Assembly (NCBI GenBank): GCA_016935455.1
Contig: JAFGQX010000055.1
Span: forward strand, 1 to 36,731
DNA length: 36,731 bases
DNA from: Candidatus Micrarchaeota archaeon
GTDB lineage: Archaea; Micrarchaeota; Micrarchaeia; Anstonellales; Bilamarchaeaceae
Reading direction: 5' to 3'
Shown: positions 8,935 through 17,938 of the stretch, piece by piece
How the letters are laid out: every line of letters begins with the position of its first letter
Position numbering within the stretch: the first letter of the stretch is position 1
Translations under genes and position numbers: made by a program
The notes under the pieces: model-generated
Database searches by the model: none
Told to the model about the DNA's origin: nothing
The model's input: the letters and a program-made list of their open reading frames with translations, nothing else

Positions 8935-9336
8935 ATGAGAAAAGAATTATACAAAGGATTTGATGAAGAAAAAATTTCCGGCATGAGTCTTGACGATTTT
9001 GCAAAACTTGTAACTTCAAGAGAGAGAAGGACAATACTGAGGATGAAGGACAACCCCCAGTTCAAAAAACTTGTCCAGAAAGTAAGAAAATTATGCAAAG
9101 ACGGAAAAAAGCCTTCAAAAATGATAAGAACCCATTCAAGAGAGGCAGTGATAATTCCTGAGTGGCTCGGCCTTACTTTTGGAATTTATAACGGGAAGGA
9201 GTTCAAAAAAGTAACAATAACTCTCAGCCATCTTGGAAAAAGGCTTGGAGATTTTGCACACAGCACTGGAAGAGTTCTTCACTCCGGTCCGGGTGTGGGT
9301 GCAACAAGAGGAAGCAAATTTGTGCCGATTAAGTGA
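8935..9336 (+). CDS. rps19: 30S ribosomal protein S19 (uS19)
   Basis: IRTHSREAVIIPEW, YNGKEF, HSGPGVGATRGSKFVP. Confidence 0.96.
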   Translation: MRKELYKGFDEEKISGMSLDDFAKLVTSRERRTILRMKDNPQFKKLVQKVRKLCKDGKKPSKMIRTHSREAVIIPEWLGLTFGIYNGKEFKKVTITLSHLGKRLGDFAHSTGRVLHSGPGVGATRGSKFVPIK

Positions 9337-9341
9337 TGAGT

Positions 9342-10031
9342 ATGAAAAGTTATTCATTTGATTTGAAAAATGAGGAAAACTATGCAAAAGCAAGGCTTGA
9401 AGGGGTAGATGCTTCTTTCAAGGATCTGTGCGAAGTGTGCGGAAGAGTCAGAGGGCTGAGAACTGAAACCGCAGTCAGCCTGCTGGAAAAATTCTCAACA
9501 GGAGAACTTCCGGTGCTTTACAAGAGCCATAACAAAAGACTCGGCCACAGAAGAGAGATAGGCGGAAAGAAGGGAAGATATCCTGAAAAATCAGCAAAGA
9601 TAGTTTTAAAACTCCTCAAAAGCGCAATTGCAAATGCAGAAGTAAAAGGCCTTCTTGGTCCTTTTATTATTGAGCATGCTTCGGCCAACAAGAAACACAC
9701 CTATCCGCGTCTTGCTTCAAAAGGAAGAAGGGCTAGGTCGGATTACGAGACTTCAAGAGTTGAGATAATTATAAAAGAGCTTGAATCCAAATCCAAAAAA
9801 CAGGCCGAAAAACCGAAGGAAACAAAGAAAGCGGAGGCAAAAAAAGAGGAAAAGAAACCAGAGACAAAAACAAAAGAGATAAAACCCGCAGCAAAAGAAG
9901 CTGAAAACGAGAAAAAGAAAACAGAGACTAAAACTCCGGAAGAGAAAGAAACAAAAAAGGAAATCAAAAAAGAAGAACCTGAGGCAAAAAAAGCCGAAGA
10001 AAAAAAATCCGCAGAGGTCAAGAAAAATTAA
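9342..10031 (+). CDS. rpl22: 50S ribosomal protein L22 (uL22) with a K/E-rich C-terminal tail of about 80 aa
   Basis: GRYPEKSA, LLKSAIANAEVKGL; low-complexity tail follows VEIIIKE. Confidence 0.95.
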   Translation: MKSYSFDLKNEENYAKARLEGVDASFKDLCEVCGRVRGLRTETAVSLLEKFSTGELPVLYKSHNKRLGHRREIGGKKGRYPEKSAKIVLKLLKSAIANAEVKGLLGPFIIEHASANKKHTYPRLASKGRRARSDYETSRVEIIIKELESKSKKQAEKPKETKKAEAKKEEKKPETKTKEIKPAAKEAENEKKKTETKTPEEKETKKEIKKEEPEAKKAEEKKSAEVKKN

Positions 10032-10043
10032 TGGTGATTTTGA

Positions 10044-10865
10044 ATGGTTGACGAGAAAAAGTTTATTGAAGAACCTTTGAAAAAATACAGAATAATGGAT
10101 TTTCTTGAAAGAAAACTCAACAGAGCTTGGATAGCAGGAATAGATGTCCAGAGAACACCCCTTTCAACAAGAATCTCCCTTATGACTCTCAACCCCGGAA
10201 AAATAATCGGAAGAAGGGGAAAATCAATAAACGAACTTACAGAATCCTTAAGAGAGGAATTCGGCATTGAAAACCCGCAGATAAGCGTGGTGGAAGTAAC
10301 CAAACCTTATCTGGAGCCCAGAATAGTTGCCAAAAAAGCAACAAGATATATCGAAATGGGAAAGAAGGTGAGGTCTGTGATGCACTTCCTGCTCAGGGAA
10401 ATAATGGGCGCGGGTGCGATGGGCGCAGAAATTGTTGCTTCAGGAAAAATAGGGGCAAAAGGAGCCCGTGCAAAAACCCTTCGTGTTTCTGCAGGTTATA
10501 TCCCTAAAGCGGGAGAACCGATGCATTTTGTAAGCGAGGCCCACCTCAATGCGAACACCAAGTCAGGTATTATAGGTGTGCTGGTAAGAATTGTTCCTCC
10601 CGGGACAAAATTCCCGGATAAAGAAGTGACCGAAGCAGTTGCACTTCCCAAAGTTATTGAAAATGCAAGGCAGTTTGGAAGAAGACAGGAAACCCAAAGA
10701 CCATATTCCAGAGAAGGCGGAGCCAGACCTGCCGAAAAACCTAATGAAACAAAGAAAGCAGAAGTGAAAAAAGAAGAAAAAAAACCTGAGACAAAGGAAA
10801 CAAAAAAAGAAGAAAAAAAACCTGAGACAAAAAAAGCCGAAGAAAAGAAGGGTGGTAAAGAATGA
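10044..10865 (+). CDS. rps3: 30S ribosomal protein S3 (uS3) with K/E-rich tail
   Basis: KH motif PGKIIGRRGKSI, GAMGAEIVASGK, GIIGVLVRI. Confidence 0.96.
   Translation: MVDEKKFIEEPLKKYRIMDFLERKLNRAWIAGIDVQRTPLSTRISLMTLNPGKIIGRRGKSINELTESLREEFGIENPQISVVEVTKPYLEPRIVAKKATRYIEMGKKVRSVMHFLLREIMGAGAMGAEIVASGKIGAKGARAKTLRVSAGYIPKAGEPMHFVSEAHLNANTKSGIIGVLVRIVPPGTKFPDKEVTEAVALPKVIENARQFGRRQETQRPYSREGGARPAEKPNETKKAEVKKEEKKPETKETKKEEKKPETKKAEEKKGGKE
10767..10831 (+). repeat. Tandem repeat with 36-nt period inside the rps3 tail (KKEEKKPETK x2)
   Basis: AAAAAAGAAGAAAAAAAACCTGAGACAAA occurs twice, 36 nt apart. Confidence 0.8.
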
Positions 10866-11053
10866 AAGGAACAAAAATCAATGACCTCAGAAAACTTTCC
10901 GAAAGCGAGCTTTCCAAAAAGCTTGAGGAGATGAACAATGCACTTCTTACAGAGAACACACCTTCAACAAAGACCAGGCCCCTGAAAAAGGCAGTAGCCC
11001 GTATTAAAACGATATTTACTGAAAGAAAAAAACAAGGAGGAGGGGTGAAGTAG
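10862..11053 (+). CDS. rpl29: 50S ribosomal protein L29 (uL29)
   Basis: DLRKLSESEL...LKKAVARIKT; follows rps3. Confidence 0.92.
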   Translation: MKGTKINDLRKLSESELSKKLEEMNNALLTENTPSTKTRPLKKAVARIKTIFTERKKQGGGVK

Positions 11054-11055
11054 TT

Positions 11056-11361
11056 TTGCCAGATATATGTCCAAAATGCGGTTTGTTAAAGGATCTTTGT
11101 GTCTGTGAGATTCTGGATAAAGAGGAAACAAGAAAAATAAAAGTTTATACTGAACGTGCAAAATTCAAAAAACTCGTTACAGTTGTGGAAGGCATTGACA
11201 AGTCAAGAATTAAAGAAACTCTTGCCGAGCTGAAGAGAAAGCTCGCATGCGGAGGAACAGTGAAGGACGACATGATTGTCCTGCAGGGAAACCACAAGAG
11301 AAGAATGTCGGATGCCCTTGTTAAAATGGGTTATCCAAAAGAAGTAATTGAAGTGACGTGA
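11056..11361 (+). CDS. Translation initiation factor SUI1/aIF1
   Basis: CPKCGL..DLCVCE, LKRKLACGGTVK, IVLQGNH; TTG start. Confidence 0.93.
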   Translation: MPDICPKCGLLKDLCVCEILDKEETRKIKVYTERAKFKKLVTVVEGIDKSRIKETLAELKRKLACGGTVKDDMIVLQGNHKRRMSDALVKMGYPKEVIEVT

Positions 11362-11367
11362 ATCTGC

Positions 11368-11628
11368 ATGGAAAAGAAAGAGCTTTTGCTCGTGCCCTGG
11401 ATTGGATTTGAAATCCAGGTTATAAGAAGTTCTAACAGGCTCTTTATTGGCCTGAAAGGAAAGGTTGTTGATGAAACCAAAAACACGCTGGTTGTTGAAA
11501 CCGGCGGGGTAAGAAGAAGGATACCAAAAGGTGTCTGTGTTTTCCGGGTTTTTTCCGGAAAAAAAACATTTGATGTTGAAGGAAAAAAAATAATGTTCAA
11601 GCCTGAAGAAAAGGCGAAACACATATGA
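11368..11628 (+). CDS. rnp1: Ribonuclease P protein component 1 (Rpp29/Pop4)
   Basis: IGLKGKVVDETKNTLVV...IPK; conserved position before rps17. Confidence 0.92.
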   Translation: MEKKELLLVPWIGFEIQVIRSSNRLFIGLKGKVVDETKNTLVVETGGVRRRIPKGVCVFRVFSGKKTFDVEGKKIMFKPEEKAKHI

Positions 11629-11637
11629 CAGGTGTAT

Positions 11638-11934
11638 ATGATGGTGAAGGATAATGAAAAATCAAAACCGGAATACGGTTCAAGAGGCATGACTAAAGTG
11701 GGAACTGTAGTCAGCACAAAGGCAAAAAAAACTGTAGTAATTGAGATCGATAGTGTCAAATATTTCCAAAAATACAAAAGAAGGGCAAAATCCAAATCAA
11801 GAATTCCGGTTCATCTTCCGGAAAACATTTCCGTTGAAGTCGGAGATATCGTAAAAATCGGAGAAACCCGGAAAATAAGCAAAACAAAATCGTGGATAAT
11901 TACAGATGTAATCAAAAAAGGTGGAGAAAAATGA
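11638..11934 (+). CDS. rps17: 30S ribosomal protein S17 (uS17)
   Basis: GTVVSTKAKKTVVI, GDIVKIGETRKISKTKSW. Confidence 0.95.
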   Translation: MMVKDNEKSKPEYGSRGMTKVGTVVSTKAKKTVVIEIDSVKYFQKYKRRAKSKSRIPVHLPENISVEVGDIVKIGETRKISKTKSWIITDVIKKGGEK

Positions 11935-12329
11935 AAGGAATCGGCGCAAGAATAGTAAAAACCCTTACAACCAGCACACGCCTGGCATGCAGCGATAACA
12001 GCGGTGCAAAGGAACTGATGATAATTGGTGTTATAGGCGGAAAAGGCGTCCGCGGAAGATATCCAAAAGCAGGCATAGGCGATGTTGTAATTGCATCGGT
12101 AAAAAAGGGAAGGCCAGATATGGTCAAGAAAAAAGTTAGGGCTCTGATAATAAGGCAGAAAAAAGGATTCAAGAGACCGAACGGATGGACAATACTGTTT
12201 GAAGACAACGCTGCAGTTGTAGTAAACGACGACAATCTTCCCGTGGGAACGGAAATCAAAGGTGTTGTTGCAAGAGAAGTAAGTGAAAGATACCCTAAGG
12301 TTGCTGCGATAGCGCAGGGAATAATTTAA
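11931..12329 (+). CDS. rpl14: 50S ribosomal protein L14 (uL14)
   Basis: CSDNSGAKEL, GDVVIASVKKG, FEDNAAV; ATG at 11931 overlaps the rps17 stop. Confidence 0.97.
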   Translation: MKGIGARIVKTLTTSTRLACSDNSGAKELMIIGVIGGKGVRGRYPKAGIGDVVIASVKKGRPDMVKKKVRALIIRQKKGFKRPNGWTILFEDNAAVVVNDDNLPVGTEIKGVVAREVSERYPKVAAIAQGII

Positions 12330-12339
12330 TGGTGATAAG

Positions 12340-12822
12340 ATGAAGCCCGACAAAGAAAGACAGAAACTTTACAATTCTCCTGTTCATGCCAGAAAAAATC
12401 TTCTTCATGTTCATCTTTCAGAAGATTTAAGGAAAAAAACAGGAAAAAGAGCGATGCTTGTAAAAAAAGGAGACAAGGTAAAAATCATGCGCGGAAAAGA
12501 CAAGGGAAAGGAATTCAAGGTTGCAAAAGTGAGCTACGGCAAACTTGCAGTTTACCTTGAAGGTTTGAACAGAAAAAATCTCAGAGGAAAAGACGTGCTC
12601 ATTCCCTTCCATCCGTCCAATCTTATGCTGACTGAGTCTTCAGGTTCTAAAAAGGAAGCAAAAAAAGAAGAGAAGAAAGAAATCAGGGAAGCCCCTGTTG
12701 AAGAGAAAAAAATAGTAGAAGAAAAAACCGAAAAGAAAAAGCCTGAAGAGAAAAAGGAAAAGGAACCCGAAAAAGAAAAAAGTAAAAAGAAGGCCAAAAA
12801 GAGGTCTGTGAAAAAAAGGTGA
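12340..12822 (+). CDS. rpl24: 50S ribosomal protein L24 (uL24) with K/E-rich tail
   Basis: KOW motif VKKGDKVKIMRG, HPSNL; charged tail of about 60 aa. Confidence 0.95.
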   Translation: MKPDKERQKLYNSPVHARKNLLHVHLSEDLRKKTGKRAMLVKKGDKVKIMRGKDKGKEFKVAKVSYGKLAVYLEGLNRKNLRGKDVLIPFHPSNLMLTESSGSKKEAKKEEKKEIREAPVEEKKIVEEKTEKKKPEEKKEKEPEKEKSKKKAKKRSVKKR

Positions 12823-12827
12823 ATTGA

Positions 12828-13544
12828 ATGGCAAAAAGAGGTGGAAATAAACACAAAAAAAGGATTGCTGCTTCAAAGTATATTCCCATTACCGACAAAA
12901 AGGAAAGCGTTTGGCTGGTTAGAACTGGTCCCGGACCGCATCCTTCCGGAAAATCAATCCCCTTGATAGTATTGTTAAGGGAAATTCTGGGCTTTGCCAA
13001 AACCAAAAAAGAAGCAAGATTTATTCTTAAAGGAAGGCAGGTTCAGATTGACGGGAGAATAAGAACGGAAGAAAAATTCCCGGTTGGATTTATGGACATT
13101 GTTTCATTCCCCAAGATAAGAAAATACTACAGAATCCTTGTAGACAAAAAGGGAAGGCTTGTGCCTGAAGAAATAGATGAAAAGCTGGCATCAAGCAAAA
13201 TTGGAAAAGTCATCGGCAAATACACTAAAAAGAAAGGAAAAATGATGATTATGCTTCATGACGGCAAGAACATAGAATCAGACAACAATGTAAATGTCGG
13301 GGACAGCCTGGTGATTTCAATCCCGGATTACAAAACAAATTCCCTTCTTAAACTTGGAAAGGGTTCAAGATGCCTTGTAAAGGACGGAAAACACGCAGGG
13401 ATTGTTGCGAATGTTGAAGAAATATTTACTGAACAGGCCGGGGGGCAGAAACAGGCAAGAATGAAAACTGACTCAGAGGAGTTCACCACAGTTGTAAAGC
13501 ATTTATGTGTGGTTGACGAAAGCATCAAAGGTGTTAGCAGATGA
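12828..13544 (+). CDS. rps4e: 30S ribosomal protein S4e (eS4)
   Basis: GPGPH, IPLIVLLREIL, FPVGFMDIV, LHDGKN, GKHAG. Confidence 0.96.
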   Translation: MAKRGGNKHKKRIAASKYIPITDKKESVWLVRTGPGPHPSGKSIPLIVLLREILGFAKTKKEARFILKGRQVQIDGRIRTEEKFPVGFMDIVSFPKIRKYYRILVDKKGRLVPEEIDEKLASSKIGKVIGKYTKKKGKMMIMLHDGKNIESDNNVNVGDSLVISIPDYKTNSLLKLGKGSRCLVKDGKHAGIVANVEEIFTEQAGGQKQARMKTDSEEFTTVVKHLCVVDESIKGVSR

Positions 13545-14059
13545 ACGAAGAAAACAAGATGAGAGAACTCAGAATTGAAAAGGTTACAGTTAATATCGGC
13601 GTTGGTTCTGCAGGTGCAGAGTTGGAAAATGCAAAAGGCCTTATTGAAAAACTGACAGAAAGCAAGGCAGTAGAAACACTTTCAAAAAGAAGAAATCCAG
13701 TATTTAAACTCAGAAAAGACTTACCTATAGGGGTGAAGGTTACCCTGAGAGGAAAAAATGCATTCAGCTTCATTGAAAAATCCCTTACAGCAAACAAAAA
13801 GGTTCTCAAACTTTCCAACATAGACAAAGAAGGGAACATCGCATTCGGTGTAAAAGAATACATTGATTTTCCCGGAGCGAAATATGACCCCAATATAGGA
13901 ATGATGGGATTTGATGTCTGTGTTACAATCCAGAGAAAGGGCGGAAAAAGAACCTCCAAAAGAAGGATAAGAAAAACAAAGATGGGCAAGACCCACAGGA
14001 TAAAGCCTGAAGAAACCAGAATATTTATGGAAAACACCTTTAAGGTTAAATTTGAATAG
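13541..14059 (+). CDS. rpl5: 50S ribosomal protein L5 (uL5)
   Basis: [32 protein letters not shown]. Confidence 0.97.
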   Translation: MNEENKMRELRIEKVTVNIGVGSAGAELENAKGLIEKLTESKAVETLSKRRNPVFKLRKDLPIGVKVTLRGKNAFSFIEKSLTANKKVLKLSNIDKEGNIAFGVKEYIDFPGAKYDPNIGMMGFDVCVTIQRKGGKRTSKRRIRKTKMGKTHRIKPEETRIFMENTFKVKFE

Positions 14060-14069
14060 GTGGACGCTT

Positions 14070-14225
14070 ATGAAAGTTGATTCTGAAAATAAATTCAAAG
14101 GAAAAGGAAAACGCAAATGCAGGATATGCGGATGCCCGGAGGGGCTAATCAGAAAGTACGGCCTTTATGTATGCAGGAGATGCTTCAGAGAGGTCGGCGA
14201 AAAAATCGGATTCAGAAAGTACTGA
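14070..14225 (+). CDS. rps14: 30S ribosomal protein S14 (uS14), Zn-finger type
   Basis: Absent from the ORF track (51 aa); translated by hand as [51 protein letters not shown]. Confidence 0.96.
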   Translation: MKVDSENKFKGKGKRKCRICGCPEGLIRKYGLYVCRRCFREVGEKIGFRKY

Positions 14226-14234
14226 GGTGCTGTT

Positions 14235-14624
14235 ATGAGTGTAGATCATCTTTCAAACGCGCTGAATTCAATCAAAGTCCACGAAATGGTCGGTAAAATG
14301 CAGTGCTTGGTGCCTGCGTCAAAACTTATTTCGCAGGTTCTTGAGATACTCAAGAGGGAAGGATACATAAAAGGTTTTGAAGAAATCCAGGGCAGAGGTT
14401 GCGAAAAAAAGTTTGCGGTTGAGCTTGACGGAAGAATAAACAACTGCGGTACAATAAAGCCGAGACTGCCTGTCAAGAAAACAGAATGGGCAAAAACAGA
14501 GCAGAAATACATCCCGGGAATAGGAATAGGGCTTTTGATTGTTTCCACTCCCGAAGGTTTAATAACCAATGCTGAAGCACAGGAAAAGAGAATCGGAGGA
14601 AGGCTGGTTGCATATGTATACTAA
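14235..14624 (+). CDS. rps8: 30S ribosomal protein S8 (uS8)
   Basis: GRINNCGTIKPR, LIVSTPEGL, IGGRLVAYVY. Confidence 0.97.
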   Translation: MSVDHLSNALNSIKVHEMVGKMQCLVPASKLISQVLEILKREGYIKGFEEIQGRGCEKKFAVELDGRINNCGTIKPRLPVKKTEWAKTEQKYIPGIGIGLLIVSTPEGLITNAEAQEKRIGGRLVAYVY

Positions 14625-15123
14625 TAATACTGAGATTGAAATTCCGGAAGGCGTAACTGCAGTTCTCGAGAGCGAATCCGCAGTAAAAATATCCGGAAAA
14701 AACGGAGAACTGAAAAGAGATTTCGGACTGGGCGTAAAGCTCTCAGTGGAAGGCAGAAAAGTTTCAATCAGCACAAAAAAGAAGCCGATGCTGAATACAG
14801 TAAGGGCGCATCTGCTTAATATGTCCAAAGGCGTGGTTGACGGCTTTGAAAGGAAAATGAAAATCTGCTACGCGCACTTTCCTATGAATGTAAAGGTTCA
14901 GGGAAATCATCTTGTAATAGGCAACTTTATAGGTGAAAAAGCACCCAGAAAAGCAAAAATAGCGTCAGGAGTCAAAATAGATGTCAAGGGACAGGACCTT
15001 ACAATCTCAGGCCCTGACAAAGAGGCTGTAGGCCAGACGGTTTCAAGCATAACTGCGGCAACGAAGATAAAGAAAAAAGACAGCCGTATATTTCAGGACG
15101 GAATTTATCCGGTAAAAGGTTGA
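14614..15123 (+). CDS. rpl6: 50S ribosomal protein L6 (uL6)
   Basis: IEIPEGV, YAHFPM, NFIGEK, KDSRIFQDGIY; start uncertain (ATG at 14614 chosen). Confidence 0.95.
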   Translation: MYTNNTEIEIPEGVTAVLESESAVKISGKNGELKRDFGLGVKLSVEGRKVSISTKKKPMLNTVRAHLLNMSKGVVDGFERKMKICYAHFPMNVKVQGNHLVIGNFIGEKAPRKAKIASGVKIDVKGQDLTISGPDKEAVGQTVSSITAATKIKKKDSRIFQDGIYPVKG

Positions 15124-15128
15124 TGATA

Positions 15129-15494
15129 ATGTCCGATAAAAAGAAAAACAAAAATAAAAAACCCAAGCCTTCTTTCAAGTCTCCAAATGTGGGAAACAAA
15201 AAGAGGGTAAAGGACAGGTGGAGAAAACCCAGAGGCACAGACAATAAAAAGAGAGTAAGAAACAGCCAGTGCGGAGCTTCCCCTAAAGTCGGCTACAAAA
15301 ATGCAGAAAGTGTCAGAGGAATGCACCCGCTTGGACTGAAAGAAATTTTGGTAAGCAATGTAATCGAGCTTATGGACAGCGTTGACCAATTCAAGGAAGG
15401 TCTTGCGGTAAGGATTTCCGGTTCTGTCGGAAAAAGAAAGAAAGAAGAAATCCGGAAAAAATGCGAGGAACTCAAAATAAGGGTTCTTAATTAG
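15129..15494 (+). CDS. rpl32e: 50S ribosomal protein L32e (eL32)
   Basis: WRKPRGTDNK, PKVGY, RGMHPLGLKEILV. Confidence 0.95.
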   Translation: MSDKKKNKNKKPKPSFKSPNVGNKKRVKDRWRKPRGTDNKKRVRNSQCGASPKVGYKNAESVRGMHPLGLKEILVSNVIELMDSVDQFKEGLAVRISGSVGKRKKEEIRKKCEELKIRVLN

Positions 15495-15502
15495 GTGATA
15501 AA

Positions 15503-15940
15503 ATGACTTCACTGGATACTATAAAGAGGCTTGCTTCCGATATCCTCGGTGTCGGAGTAAAAAGAGTAAAATTCAAAAAAGAACTCAGCGAGGATGAGAG
15601 AAGGCAGGTTGAAGAATCAATAACAAGGCAGAACGTAAGGGACCTTATTCAGGATAAAATAATTACCGCAAAAAGAGAAAAAGGCAGGGTTTCCAAACCC
15701 AAAAAGAAAAAAACAACAAAAGGAAGAAGAAAAGGGAAAAAACATTCCAAACTGAGTCAGAAAGAGAAATGGATGGAAAGAGTAAGGGCACAGAGAAAAT
15801 ATCTTGCAAAACTTGTTGCGGACGGAAAACTAGAAAGAGGGAACAGAAAAGATATTTACCTGAAAATAAAAGGAGGGCAGTTCAGAAGCATATCTGCACT
15901 GAACACTTACCTTAAAGACAACAAACTGGTAAAAGAGTGA
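15503..15940 (+). CDS. rpl19e: 50S ribosomal protein L19e (eL19)
   Basis: KRLASDILGVG, ITRQNVRDLI, WMERVRAQRKYL, YLKIKGGQF. Confidence 0.95.
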   Translation: MTSLDTIKRLASDILGVGVKRVKFKKELSEDERRQVEESITRQNVRDLIQDKIITAKREKGRVSKPKKKKTTKGRRKGKKHSKLSQKEKWMERVRAQRKYLAKLVADGKLERGNRKDIYLKIKGGQFRSISALNTYLKDNKLVKE

Positions 15941-15945
15941 TGTAA

Positions 15946-16440
15946 ATGAGCAGGGCAAAAACACCTACATATAAAGTTCCTTTCAGAAGAAGGAAAGAAG
16001 GAGCGACAAATTACAGAAAAAGGCTTGCGCTTGTGAAAAGCGGAAAGACAAGAATGGTTGTGAGAAAGACAAACAAGGGAATAATAGTCCAGTTTGTTAA
16101 TTTTGATTCAAAAGGAGATAAGACACTCATTACAGTATCAGGGGAAACACTCCGGAAGGAATTCAAGTGGCCTTCAAAAAGAAATTCCAGCACCGCATAT
16201 CTTGCAGGCCTGCTGGGAGGAAAAAAGGCTGCTGAAAAAGGAGTCAAGGAATTTGTTCTTGACCTGGGACTGCATGAAAGCACAAAAGGTTCAGTACTTT
16301 ATGCTGCTCTGAAAGGGGCTGCTGATTCAGGACTCTCCGCATCATTTGATGAAGGGATGGTTCCTATGGACAAGCTTGAGAACGTGAAAGAAGAGTACAG
16401 CAAACTCTTCGAAGAAGTAAAGAAGAAAATCCTTTCTTGA
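15946..16440 (+). CDS. rpl18: 50S ribosomal protein L18 (uL18)
   Basis: FRRRKEGATNYRKRLAL, RMVVRKTN, AYLAGLL, VLDLGL. Confidence 0.96.
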   Translation: MSRAKTPTYKVPFRRRKEGATNYRKRLALVKSGKTRMVVRKTNKGIIVQFVNFDSKGDKTLITVSGETLRKEFKWPSKRNSSTAYLAGLLGGKKAAEKGVKEFVLDLGLHESTKGSVLYAALKGAADSGLSASFDEGMVPMDKLENVKEEYSKLFEEVKKKILS

Positions 16441-16449
16441 GGTGTTTGA

Positions 16450-17064
16450 ATGGAAGGAGAATGGTCACCGAAAACAAAAATTGGAAAAAAAGTAAAAAGT
16501 CAGGAAATTACCGAACTTAAAGAGATTCTTGAGGCTGGAAAGCCGATTCTTGAGCCGGAAATAGTTGATGTGCTTCTTCCGGAGCTTAAATCCGACACTC
16601 TCTCAATATCAACAACGCAGAGAACCACGGATTCCGGAAGAAAAATGAAATTCAGGGCAATTGTTGTCGTAGGAGACGGCAGAGGTTATGTGGGAATAGG
16701 CTCGGGAAAAAGCGAAGAGATAAGGCCTGCCATAGGCTATGCCACAAGGGATGCAAAAAAGAATATTGTTCATGTAAAAATGGGATGCGGTTCATGGGAA
16801 TGCAGATGCGGAAATCCCCACTCAATTCCTCAGAGAGTAGAAGGAAAAATGGGGAGCACAAGCGTAGTTCTTTTCCCTGCACCCAAAGGAGTCGGGCTCG
16901 CAGCAAACGACGTGATTAAAAAAGTAATGAAGATGGCGGGTGTAAAAGACATATGGTCAAGCACACATGGAAACACTTCAAATATATACAATACGGCTCT
17001 TGCGACCCTGCATGCACTGAACAGTATGAATAATCTTAAGCCGTATCCGAAAAAAGGTGAATGA
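16450..17064 (+). CDS. rps5: 30S ribosomal protein S5 (uS5)
   Basis: WSPKTKIG, QRTTDSGR, GCGSWECRCG, PAPKGVGL. Confidence 0.97.
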   Translation: MEGEWSPKTKIGKKVKSQEITELKEILEAGKPILEPEIVDVLLPELKSDTLSISTTQRTTDSGRKMKFRAIVVVGDGRGYVGIGSGKSEEIRPAIGYATRDAKKNIVHVKMGCGSWECRCGNPHSIPQRVEGKMGSTSVVLFPAPKGVGLAANDVIKKVMKMAGVKDIWSSTHGNTSNIYNTALATLHALNSMNNLKPYPKKGE

Positions 17065-17066
17065 TA

Positions 17067-17498
17067 ATGAAAATTGCAGTAGTAAGAGTCAGAGGAATAA
17101 GGAAAATTAATCCAAAGATTAAAAAAACACTTGAACTTCTCAGTCTGAACACTCCCAACCATTGTGTAATTATTGAAGATACTCCCCAGAATATGGGGAT
17201 GGTCCAGGTTGCAAGGGATTACATAGCCTACGGGAAAATAAGCGAAGAAACACTCTACAAGCTTTTATGCAAAAGAGGGGAAAAAGAAGGAAAATCCGCA
17301 AAGGAAATCTACAAGGACGAAGAACTTAAAGAGATAAGCAGGAAAATCTCAGAAGGAGAAGATACAAAAAAATACTTTAATTCAGTATTCAGGCTTCACC
17401 CGCCCAGAAAAGGGCACAAGAATATAAAGGTCCATTATCCAAAAGGTTCACTCGGCAAATGGGATGATATGGACAGTTTAGTTAAGAGGATGATGTAA
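17067..17498 (+). CDS. rpl30: 50S ribosomal protein L30 (uL30)
   Basis: AVVRVRG, TLELLSL, FRLHPPRKG. Confidence 0.95.
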   Translation: MKIAVVRVRGIRKINPKIKKTLELLSLNTPNHCVIIEDTPQNMGMVQVARDYIAYGKISEETLYKLLCKRGEKEGKSAKEIYKDEELKEISRKISEGEDTKKYFNSVFRLHPPRKGHKNIKVHYPKGSLGKWDDMDSLVKRMM

Positions 17499-17510
17499 AG
17501 GTGAATGTTT

Positions 17511-17915
17511 ATGAGAACTCCAAAAAAAATAGGTAAATACAGAGGAACAAGAAGCTGCGGAAAAGGAAATGTCAAAAACAAAAGAGGCGCTGGAAACAGA
17601 GGCGGAAGAGGAATGGCCGGCCTCAAAAAGCACAAAAGAACATGGATGGTCAGATACGACCCGGACCATTTTGGAGCAAGCGGGTTCAAGAGAGACAAAA
17701 CCCATATAAACACTGTCAATCTTTATGAAATTGAAAATATGATTGCAGGCGAAAAACTGAAAAAAGAAGGGGAAAAGTTTATTTTTGAATTCAAGGGAAA
17801 GATTCTCGGAACAGGAGTTTTGACAAAACCAGTTAATATAAAAGCAGACAAGTGGACCAAGAAAGCAGAAGAAAAGATTAAAAAGATAGGGGGAGACATC
17901 ACTTCCAATAAATAA
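17511..17915 (+). CDS. rpl15: 50S ribosomal protein L15 (uL15)
   Basis: RGTRSCGKG, RGAGNRGGRGMAG, KILGTG. Confidence 0.96.
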   Translation: MRTPKKIGKYRGTRSCGKGNVKNKRGAGNRGGRGMAGLKKHKRTWMVRYDPDHFGASGFKRDKTHINTVNLYEIENMIAGEKLKKEGEKFIFEFKGKILGTGVLTKPVNIKADKWTKKAEEKIKKIGGDITSNK

Positions 17916-17938
17916 TTTTATCTTAGAAGGGGTTTTGA

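Noticed and set aside
9780..10860. A-rich repeats considered as a possible CRISPR array or mobile element
   Set aside because: They are in-frame coding low-complexity repeats with no regular repeat-spacer period and no cas or transposase genes.
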